Positions 12,901 to 22,705 of a stretch of DNA of 64,000 nucleotides are shown here, in pieces. Origin of the DNA: Rebecca billardiae RCC1528 (lineage: Eukaryota > Protista > Haptophyta); assembly GCA_965240325.2 (NCBI GenBank), contig OZ251224.1, positions 4,216,001-4,280,000 on the forward strand, read 5' to 3'. Below the pieces are notes generated by a model. The model did not search any database. It saw only the letters and a program-made list of their open reading frames with translations, and was not told the DNA's origin. The translations under genes were made by a program, and so were the position numbers. Position 1 is the stretch's first letter. Every line of letters starts with the position of its first letter.

Positions 12901-14914
12901 CAGAAAAACCCGGACAGACTGTTTGTCCGGGGCCCCGCCACATATGACATGTATATAAATACTTAAAATTTTAGTCGTCGTCCACTGCTCTGAGTCATCA
13001 TCGAAAACACGACCGGCCGTCGTACGTATACTACGACATCATCATCAGTCAGCACCAATCACGATCACAGTGCGCTAACACGGGCCGAAAGTTGAATGAG
13101 AGGCGTCACGATGGCTGTCGACGCGCGCGCTGGCCGACCGTCCTCAAGAGGCCGTGATCGGCGGCGTAGACCGCGCGGCGGACCTCGCGAGAGAGCCTAG
13201 TCCTAGTCTTCAGCGGCGCTGATCAACGCCTTCCTCCTCCTTCGCCTCGAGAGCAGCTCCACATGACACGCGCCGAGACGGCCGCAAAGCGACTCCGAAG
13301 CGACTCTGCGAGCGCGCCGCCGGCTGCTCTGAGCATGCGGAGATGGTCGGCTCTTTCGGGTGCGCGGCATGCGCGCTGGATTGCTGACTTTCATGGTCCA
13401 GCTCGGCTGCTCGAAACGTGCACGTCTGCTCTCGCGTGCTGGCACGACTCACGCTCTCCAAACTGACCGCTGCTCATATCAGGGCATGCTGCCGCAATCT
13501 CATCCTCAATCGCATCCCAGCGGCACCCGGGCACAGACGCAGGTGCACATCGACCTGGAGTGGCTGTCATCGTCGCCACTACCTCTCGGCTAGTCGGCTG
13601 GCGCTCAGCACCAAGTTGCCGCGTAAATGAACGCGCGCGCGACGGCTTTCTGACCACGGCCCGTGTTGTGCAGGTCGTGGTCACATGTGAGCGCGGCGCT
13701 GCGGAGACGGGGCGGGGTCTCGCACGCCAGTGGCGCTGGCAGCGTGCCGCGCCGCAGATCGCATCGCGCCGCGCCGTGCTGCGCTGCTCGCGCTGCTGTC
13801 AGCCAGGTCGGAGTTCGCGGTCGGTCGTCATGACGTCACTGTCAGCGGCTCCCGCCAGCCGTCGTCGCACCCGGCGGCCCGAGCTCAGCTGAGAGTGAGG
13901 CAGCGCGTCTACGAAGAGGCGATGCGCAACTACAGCAGCATGCAATCAGCGTGGCGTGCCGCGCCCGCGGGCTCCCCAAGCCTGCCGACTCATCCGCCAG
14001 CCAGCCGTCCGCCGACGCGACGCGAGCTCGGACTGATGGCCGTCGGGTCCGCAGTGGCCGTGCGTCGACGCGCGGGCACGCTGCCCGCGTCGCTGTAATC
14101 GATCCCGTGCTGCGTGCGCATACAGGTTTCGTCCGCGGTCGGCCAGTCATCAAATTTTCTTAGCGCAGCAGGCGAGCAGGTCGCATGACGACAACTGCTA
14201 CTCCTATACGCGCAAGCTACGACCGGGCTATAGCCATAGGCCGCGCGCTACTCTGCGCGAGTCTCAGCTGCGCCTGGTACGGACGTACCGGGTGCAGTCA
14301 GCGGGTCAGCCGATGACACGGTCACTCGGGGCGCGGTCAGGGCGCCGCCGCGAAGTCAGCACAGTGGTGATGCGCCGAAAACGTGCAAGCGCGTCACGAG
14401 GAGACCCCAGACAATCACGCCGGCCACTCGTCGTGCGTGTTTCGTCGCCTGCTCCACTCAGCCCTCGAGTCAAGCTCAGGTGCCCCTGTGGAGGCAACCC
14501 GAGCGCCCAGATGCGCGGCCTCGGGAATCTCCAGCGCGCGCGTACGCGTGCAGATCTCCTCCCCCGCCTTGAGCGCATGGGGGCCGGACGATACGACTGG
14601 ATGGCAAGAACGCGTGCTTCTGGCACCTTCGGTGTGCAACGCAGGGTGCTCGTGCATCAGCTGCGCCCAGTAAGCCACTCGCACGCCAGCTGGGATGCTC
14701 GGGCTCATCGCCAGCCACACTGCTCGAGTGCCCGTCGTGTGCCGTATGCTCAGCAGCACAGCCGACGGGGCACATCTGATGCAGCGTATTCTGACACTGC
14801 GCGTGTAGTGAGCTCGTACGCCAGCCCACTGCCTGCGCAGCCCGCTTGATCCCGATGATCGAGCCAACACGTGGATCCCATGCGCCTGCGCGAGCGCGGC
14901 CGCGGCGCGCCCGC

Positions 14915-15620
14915 GAATGCAAGGGGGTGCAGCTCGTGAACGGTGGAACGCAGCTGTGATGCACTGGGTCATGCGCGTACAGCGAACAATTTCAGCCGTG
15001 TAACTTTCTGCGATGCCCTCCTAGACCCCGCTGTCAGCCGCCGTGTGGCGCGGCGCGCGCAAGGTGCGCGCGCAGGCTGCCGAGCACCCGGCACGCGCAC
15101 TCCGGTCAGAGGCGGACGGAGGCGGCCGCGATGGGAGGCATGACCCGCGAGCCCGAACGAGCGTAGGTGATGCAGAACTCAGCCGCCCCCCGTCTTGGCG
15201 CACGCCATGCGGCTGGCGTCTCTGCGCGCGCATGTTCGCGTGCGGATCTCAGATGTTCCTGCTCGCGAAGCGAGCGCGGAGAGCCCGCGAATTGAGGGGG
15301 GGTGCAGCTCGTCAACGGCGAAACGCAGCTGTGCTACCTTTGATGATGCGTGTACACGGAACAATTTCAGCCACGTAACTTTCTGCGATTCCCTCCTAGA
15401 CCCCCCCGTCAGCCGCGGTGTGGCGCGGCGCGCGGGAGGCGATGTCGCCGACTGCTGGCGCACCTGCACGCGCACTCTGGTCAAAGGCGGACGGAGGCGG
15501 CCGCGATGGGAGGCATGACCCGCGAGCCCGAACGAGCGTAGGTGATGCAGAACTCAGCCGCCCCCCGTCTTGGCGCACGCCATGCGGCTGGCGTCGCTGC
15601 GCGCGCGTGTTCGCGCGCGG
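14915..15620. repeat. Degenerate tandem duplication, period 375 bp
   Basis: AACAATTTCAGCC occurs at 14985 and 15360. The blocks at about 15110-15215 and 15485-15590 are nearly identical. Confidence 0.9.
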
Positions 15621-15837
15621 ATGGCTGCGCCAGCGATGGCGGCCGGCCTCCGCGAAAACGTCCCTGATCGCGGAATCGGCCGATTCTGCCAATTCAACTT
15701 TCGGTGCCGGTTAGCGCACTGTGATGACGACTACGACTGCTATATATAGATGATGGCCCGCGGTGCAGGGCGGAGCGCGCAGCGTGGAGCCCGCACCAGC
15801 GGGCCCGAACCACGTTTCAAAAAGATCTTTGATCAAG

Positions 15838-15877
15838 AAAAAAGGGACGGGGGGCGAAAAAAAGGGACGGGGGGCGA
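15838..15877. repeat. Perfect 20-bp tandem duplication AAAAAAGGGACGGGGGGCGA
   Basis: Two adjacent identical copies, 15838-15857 and 15858-15877. Confidence 0.9.
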
Positions 15878-17530
15878 TTTTTAGGGCTGGCGGAGACCGA
15901 GTTTCGAGTTTTTGAGATCGCATAGAGAGGTCTATTAGGCCGAAAAAGAGCGCGCCCACGATATTCCCTAAGTAAATAAGTGCGATTGGACGTCAGCCGG
16001 ACGTGACTTTAGCGTAACGGTTCGTTACGAGCGAATCGTATTCGTCGTCCCGGATCGCGTGACGTCCGGACTGGGCCACGTCCGGATCGTCGGAGGTGAC
16101 GTGCCCCGGCACGATGGCGTCGGATGCGGGACGGCGCCTGCACGTGCCTCCGGACCCGCCTCCCGCTTGCTGCTCACGCAGTCAGCTGCGACCGTGGCGC
16201 ATAATCGCAGAAGCAGTGCCGGCAGTACGGCCTGCATCAGCTAGTGCCGCGCCGTCGTGGCGCGCGCGGTACGGTTGCGCGTTTCAGCAGCGCTCGCCGC
16301 TCGGCGACGGCACGCGCGTGCGGCTCAGGTGTGTCAAATGCGCTCTCGTCGGCGCGCTTTCGCCTGCCACCTCGTGCACCCGTGCCGCCAGTTTCATCGT
16401 CTTCATGAGGACTGCTGCTGCTGTCGCCATCCGCTCTCCATCACCCCGAGTCGCGCGGCGCGCGCGGTAGGCACCAGGGCAGGGCGTACGGTCACTCACC
16501 CGTGCAACGGGTCAAGTGGCCAGAGTACGTCTGGTCGTTGGCTGGCACGGGCCGCAGCGCTAAAGCACCCTGCTGTCACACCCGACTCCTTCAGTACTCC
16601 GAGCTCCGCGGCACGACTCACTCGGCACGATCGCGGACGGGTCGGATCCGAGCTGATCAGCCAGTTAGACATTTGGCAGCTAGTTGTCAGACGGACGTCC
16701 GATTTGACGACCGGTGCCGGGTGCGGTCTCAGGTCCGCTGCTGTGATTGTGTGAAGTGTGAATGAGTCTCGCGGTCGCGCAGGCAGGGCGACGGTCGGAC
16801 TAATAGCTTCAGTCATCTCAGAACCGACTTCAATCAACTGGCGAACTGCCACTACGGCGGAGAGCCGCGATTGCACGGCCACCGCGGGCCCCCAACTGCG
16901 TTGATTCTATGCAGAAAAGGACCGCGGAACGCGGTCATATTTACCGCCGTACGACGCGCAGACGCGCTAATATAAGCTGACGCTAGCTACTAATCACTAA
17001 TCAGAGTAACAGGTACGCGTGCTGGGACGGTGGGCCCGACGGTGCTGGTCTCCTTATTCGGAGTTCGTCGGCGGCTGTGCCCGATTATCGACAAGTCGGC
17101 GTTGATGGCCGCAGAGCACCGGCTTGCACCGCGATCGAATGGCTTGAGCGTGGCCTTGAAGTTGAGCTGCTGGAGCGGCGGTGAGCGGTCAGAGTGCGAT
17201 ACACCTTATCATAATCATTGGCACTGCGCGGCTCGCATGGACCTGCTGTGCCCCAGTCGAGGACGAGGGCGAGGCTGCAGGTCCAGATTGGCAGTCTCGG
17301 CCACTGGTAGCAGCTGGTCCAGCCTGCCCCGCGCGCCCTGGACGGTCGCGTGCGCGCTTGCTGCTCGATCCAGCTGGCCGGCTGGCGGCGGCAGGCGCTG
17401 CTGCATCGCCCGGGGAGCGCTTCGCCCGCTGCGGCGGCACCTCCTCGTCGTCCAAGTCCGGGGCGGAGGCAGCGAGTGCCTGACGCTCTCCGAAGACAGA
17501 TTCGCCGTTGCGCCGAGGCACACGAGCCAG

Positions 17531-19447
17531 TCAAAGACAGACCTCGTTGCCGTTGGGGCCTGGGTGTCCCTGGCGCCACTCGTTACAATGCGGCTTGTGC
17601 GCCTTCCACGCGCGCCGCAGGTGGTCGTGTGAGCAGAACACTGCCACGTGACATCGGTCGCACTTCTTCAGCCCACGCCCCGTCTTGGCGCACACGAGAC
17701 AGCACTTGGACACGACCTCGCGCTCGCCTGCAAACTGGGTGATGAGCACTTCACAGGGGTCGAGAGTGCTGTCGAGCTCGTGCCCACGGCGCAGCAGCCG
17801 CGCACCCTCCACCACATCACGCTCCACGCCCCGACCCGCCAGCATCAGCCGTCCAAGATGAGACGTAGCGTGTGGCTGATCACGTTCAGCGGCCAGCCGG
17901 TACCAGCGCACCGCCTCGGCCATGTCCTGCGGCACGCCAGCGCCAAGCTCGCAGCACACGCCCAGATTGTGCTGCGCAGCTGCGTGGCCCTGCTCGGCCG
18001 CCAGCCGGTACCAGCGCGCCGCCTCGGCGCTGTCCTGCGGCACGCCCTGGCCCATATCGCAGCACCAGCCCAGGCTGCACTGCGCCTCCGTATCGCCCTG
18101 CTCGGCCGCCAGTCGGTACCAGCGCGCCGCCTCGGCGCTGTCCTGCGGCACGCCCTCGCCCTTCTTGCAGCACACGCCCAGATTGTTCTGCGCAGCTGCA
18201 AAGCCCTGCTCGGCCGCCAGCCGGTACCAGCGCACCGCCTCGGCGCTGTCCTGCGGCACGCCCTCGCCCTTGTCACAGCACCAGCCCAGGCTGCACTGCG
18301 CCTGCGCATCGCCCTGCTCGGCCGCCAGTCGGTACCAGCGCGCCGCCTCGGCGCTGTCCTGCGGCACGCCCTCGCCCTTGTCGCAGCACACGCCCAGATT
18401 GTGCTGCGCATCTGCAAAGCCCTGCTCGGCCGCCAGCCGGTACCAGCGCGCCGCCTCGGCGCTGTCCTGCGGCACGCCCTCGCCCTTGTCGCAGCACCAG
18501 CCCAGCGCGTACTGCGCATCTGCAAAGCCCTGCTTGGCCGCCAGCCGGTACCAGCGCGCCGCCTCGGCGCTGTCCTGCGGCACGCCCTCGCCGTCCTTGC
18601 AGCACCAGCCCAGCGCGTACTGCGCATCTGCAAAGCCCTGCTTGGCCGCCAGCCGGTACCAGCGCGCCGCCTCGGCGCTGTCCTGCGGCACGCCCTCGCC
18701 TTTCTTGCAGCACACGCCCAGATTGTACTGCGCCTCCGCATCGCCCTGCTCGGCCGCCAGTCGGTACCAGCGCGCCGCCTCGGCGCTGTCCTGCGGCACG
18801 CCCTCGCCCTTGTCGCAGCACCAGCCCAGCGCGTCCTGCGCATCTGCAAAGCCCTGCTCGGCCGCCAGTCGGTACCAGCGCGCCGCCTCGGCGCTGTCCT
18901 GCGGCACGCCCTCGCCCTTCTTGCAGCACACGCCCAGATTGTACTGCGCAGCTACAAAGCCCTGCTCGGCCGCCAGCCGGTACCAGCGCGCCGCCTCTGC
19001 CCAGTCCTGCGGCACGCACTCGCCCTTCTTGCAGCACACGCCCATTCTGTTCTGTGCCGATGCGTTGCCCTGCTCGGCCGCCAGCCGGTACCAGCGCACC
19101 GCTTCCACCCAGTCCTGCGGCAGGCCCACGCCGTGCTCACAGCACGCGCCCATACTGAACTGACCAGTTGCGTGGCCCTGCTCTGCCGCCAGCCGGTACC
19201 AGCGCACGGCATCGATGAGGTTTTGGTCCCATCCAAGGAGGCCCCGATGATTGCAAAAGCCAAGTGCCAGCTGAGCGTCCGCCAGCCCACACTCGGCTGC
19301 GATGTTGTACAGGCGCGCCGCCTCACGCTCGTTCTGAGCGACGCCGTCTCCACGTGCGAAGCGAACAGCCAGAAGGTACGTCGCACGCGCGTCACCTTTG
19401 GCCGATCTGCGCCGAAGCAGCTTCACCGCGGCGCTGGTCTCGTCCAT
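17531..19447 (-). CDS. Sel1-like repeat protein (~15 repeats) with C-terminal MYND zinc finger; intronless
   Basis: 36-aa repeats AQxxLGxCCxxGEGVPQDSAEAARWYRLAAEQG; C-terminal CLVC..KKCDRCHVAVFCSHDHLRRAWKAHKPHC. Confidence 0.95.
   Translation of the reverse strand: MDETSAAVKLLRRRSAKGDARATYLLAVRFARGDGVAQNEREAARLYNIAAECGLADAQLALGFCNHRGLLGWDQNLIDAVRWYRLAAEQGHATGQFSMGACCEHGVGLPQDWVEAVRWYRLAAEQGNASAQNRMGVCCKKGECVPQDWAEAARWYRLAAEQGFVAAQYNLGVCCKKGEGVPQDSAEAARWYRLAAEQGFADAQDALGWCCDKGEGVPQDSAEAARWYRLAAEQGDAEAQYNLGVCCKKGEGVPQDSAEAARWYRLAAKQGFADAQYALGWCCKDGEGVPQDSAEAARWYRLAAKQGFADAQYALGWCCDKGEGVPQDSAEAARWYRLAAEQGFADAQHNLGVCCDKGEGVPQDSAEAARWYRLAAEQGDAQAQCSLGWCCDKGEGVPQDSAEAVRWYRLAAEQGFAAAQNNLGVCCKKGEGVPQDSAEAARWYRLAAEQGDTEAQCSLGWCCDMGQGVPQDSAEAARWYRLAAEQGHAAAQHNLGVCCELGAGVPQDMAEAVRWYRLAAERDQPHATSHLGRLMLAGRGVERDVVEGARLLRRGHELDSTLDPCEVLITQFAGEREVVSKCCLVCAKTGRGLKKCDRCHVAVFCSHDHLRRAWKAHKPHCNEWRQGHPGPNGNEVCL
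17879..19174 (-). repeat. 108-bp coding tandem array (12 homogenised Sel1 units)
   Basis: The core CGGTACCAGCGCGCCGCCTCGGCGCTGTCCTGCGGCACGCC recurs every 108 bp with few changes. Confidence 0.95.
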
Positions 19448-19513
19448 CTGTGCGGGCGGTGCTTTTGCTCAGGCCTCACGCGAAGACCGTTGGACGAGCG
19501 AGATCACAATCTA

Positions 19514-21767
19514 CTCGGGCCGGGGGTTTGGTGGTAGCGAGGTTTGTAACGGTTTGTCCGCGGGACAAACCGTTTCAGCTTGGTCGGCGTGCGCTATTTT
19601 GAGCGCGCGCCTATGAAGGCAGCTGCTATTCAAAGGCGAATCGCCTATGAAGCCGGCTCCTATGTGTCAATACCTTACGGGTACTTGGGAGCGGGCTCAT
19701 AGGGCTCACCAGGCCGCGAGACTGCACCATGCCGCCCATCTGCACGTCGCCGAATCGGCCGCAATTCGGAAGCGAGAGGCGAGGCAGAGGACGGCAGACG
19801 TTTGCCACGAGCGTGGTGTCGGTCCTTGTTGCGTGCGCCGCCGTCGTGCTTGCTCCCGCCGCGGGGAAGCAGGCGCGTAGCTGCCGTCCACGCAGAAAGA
19901 AGGACAATTCCTATCGTTCAACGCATGCGCCGAGCTGTCGATCCAAGTACATGGCTGTTGGGCGACCCTCTCGCCGTTCGCGGACGCTGCCATACCGTAC
20001 TGCGCGACCTCTTGCTGCTAGCTGCTCCGCCCAGCTGGCACGAAGGTGGGGCGCGAGGCGTTTTGATTGGCAGATGTCTGGAAGTAGCACACCCTGACCT
20101 CGCAGCTGATGCTTCCCTCAGTGTGCTGTCCCAGTTGACAGACATGTCGTGGCTTGCATCTCGGGGGCAGGTATTCATCTTCAGTAGCGCTTCGCCAAGC
20201 TACGCCCTGCGCAAGCCGCCTCAGTGAGCGCCGCTCTGAAAGCCTCACCGACCTCTGCGTTCTATCGCGTGCCGTCTCACGCGTGATGCGGTTGAGCTGC
20301 CGTTGCGCACGGCGTGTGGCTCGAGCTCGCGCGGGGCTTGGCGACGCACACGTACGTGCGGAAAGCCGCATTGCTCTCGGCCTACGCCGCGCTCGTCCGC
20401 GCGATGGGCGCGGGCACGCTCACCGGTCAGCGCGCGCATGAGCTGCGCGCGCTGATCGCCGGTGAGCTCAGAGCTGCGCGCGCTGCCGGCAGTCATCCCT
20501 GCGAGTGCTGCGGCGGCGAGCGGCGGGCGAGGCGCCAGCAGGAAAGCTCGCACTCGTCGACTCAGCGTTCGTCATGCTGCCCTCGCTGCCGCCCGACGCG
20601 ATTGGCCTGCAGTTGAGGGCGCCAGGGTGACGCTGCGCCCGCTCCTAGGGGCAACCGGCGGCTGAGGACGAGTCGACTGGATGCAGTATTATGAGTAGTC
20701 GCTGACCGTTGACGATGATGCTACGCGTACTAAGACTACTGACGATTTTGACGCGCTACTGGTCTCGGCGGTCATCAGCTGAGCCTGCGAGTGAGACTTG
20801 TTTCTCTCACTGCTGCCATCCGCCGCCGGATATGTGACTACACGTGAGCCGACGATTATCACTTGAGCTCGGCGCCAGCCCGATCGAAAGCAGCCTGAGC
20901 CTGAGGCCCCGGGCCCGGACGGGCGGACAGTGACAAGCTGCAGACGACTCGACGATCAGCTGCTGACAGATGATCACGGCGACATGATGATGATGGGCGC
21001 AGTTGCGGAAGGCCCACCTGCCACGGCCTACTGCAGGATGCGGATGCGCAAAGGGGTGGTCAACATTAGATATCTGCTAAGGTGACAGGAGCTGTAGCCG
21101 TGGGCCGCAGCGCGGCGCGCAGTGCGCATGCATGCACGCGCGCCTGACAGATGCTCCGGGCACGAATGATTGCCCTCAGCTCAACCCAGACGAGTTGAAG
21201 CATGGCCGAGTGGCGCCGTGCACACGTTCACATCGATGGCCGTGCGACCATACAGTCTTGCCATGTACGCCCGCGAGGTCAATGGTCAAACCACAGCTGT
21301 GGCTTTGGATCAGGTCCGCCGAGCACCACCGCGGTACAGGCCCAAGCCTTGGCAGTGCGAGCAGTCCTCTTGAGTTCGGCGAACGGGAAAGCATGCATCA
21401 CCTGGCCCACAGTGCGCAGCATCGCGAAGCTGTGGGCCAGATGGATCCCCGCGCGAACAAGACCAATAAGGGCAATGCTCGCTACGTGAGCAGATGCTGA
21501 TACTCCTACGGCACCCGCTCGGGAACTTGTGCCCCGGTCTCGACATCTGGGTATCGCCCGGATCATGGGCCGGGGCATTGGCCGCCGCGCCGCCCATCCC
21601 ATCAACGCAACAATCGCAGCTGCGGCCTGCTGCACCTCCGGTCCCGCGTCCTCCCCCGGCGCGGCCATCACCGTCGTGCGGCATGGATGCCACACAGTCC
21701 CGCGATTTTCCGAAAAAGCGGCCGTTGATTTTTCGGAAATTCCTTACCACCAAACCCCCGGCCCGAG
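19514..21767. mobile_element. Non-autonomous TIR DNA transposon with TA target duplication (Tc1/mariner-type signature), ~2.25 kb
   Basis: CTACTCGGGCCGGGGGTTTGGTGGTA (19511-19536) is the exact reverse complement of 21745-21770, which reads as C-TA-[TIR...TIR]-TA-G. No intact transposase ORF inside. Confidence 0.8.
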
Positions 21768-22705
21768 TAGTTGAATCTGTCAATCTCCCGCAAGTCCCGT
21801 GATGGGCGGCGAGTTGAGAGTCCTGTCGAGACCCCGCCTCTGCTGGCCGGACCGCCGCAGAGGGAGCGCTGGATGCCTGCAATGCGGTCTGCCTCCCCGG
21901 CCCGGGCGGCTGGTGCGGGACACGATTGTTGGCCTGCCGGCCGTCCGGGCCGGCACCTCGGCCGGGCGTTCCGCATCTCTCATTCTCTGCTCGGAGACGT
22001 GCGATTAGTGTGCCACGTGTCTTCCTGCATCGGCGCGCCTTAGCGTCTCCTGTCCGAGCCAACCGCGTATCCACTGCTGCTCAGCCGAAAGCGCAATGTG
22101 CTTGTCGTCTTTTTGGCGCGATGAGTGTTGTTCCATCGGGAAGACCCGAGGCTCACGAAGCAGCATAGGCTCCTGCTCGCGCCATCTCTCGGCCCTGGTG
22201 TTAGTGGTGCAGTTTGAGCCTGTAGACTACTACGTCTGAGCGGGACTGGCGGGTGTCGCGGGCAGCGCCAGCACTCAGCAGTCGGGCACCGACGCACCGA
22301 GCTGCACCCGACTGATCCGGCACTGCGTGTGCGTGTTGGGAGTGGCGGCGCTCGGCATCCCTGCGCACGCTCATTTGCAGGACGTCGTGAGCCATGCGCG
22401 TACGGGCGCGGAGGATATCTCCAACGCCTGCGTGGTCCAGTCGCGCGGCGCTCTCGCCTTTCGGGGGACGTGGGTGAAGAGGGCGGGTCGCGTTAATGGC
22501 GGGGTATTATGGCGTGGGTGACGACATATATGGCGGTGCCGTTCGTCTTGAATGACGCCGCATAAATGCCGTTGCGGCGCATATGGGAAAAGCGCTCGCC
22601 ACATATTCGCCGAGCTTGGGCCTTTCGCCGACTCGAAGCGTCGCAAACCACAAACTCATGCACTGATGAGTAGTGCCGGGGCTGCTGTGCGGGCTGGGGG
22701 TCATC

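Noticed and set aside
17879-19174. Regular repeats with variable 'spacers' resembling a CRISPR array
   Set aside because: They are in-frame 108-bp Sel1 coding repeats in a eukaryotic gene, and there are no cas genes.
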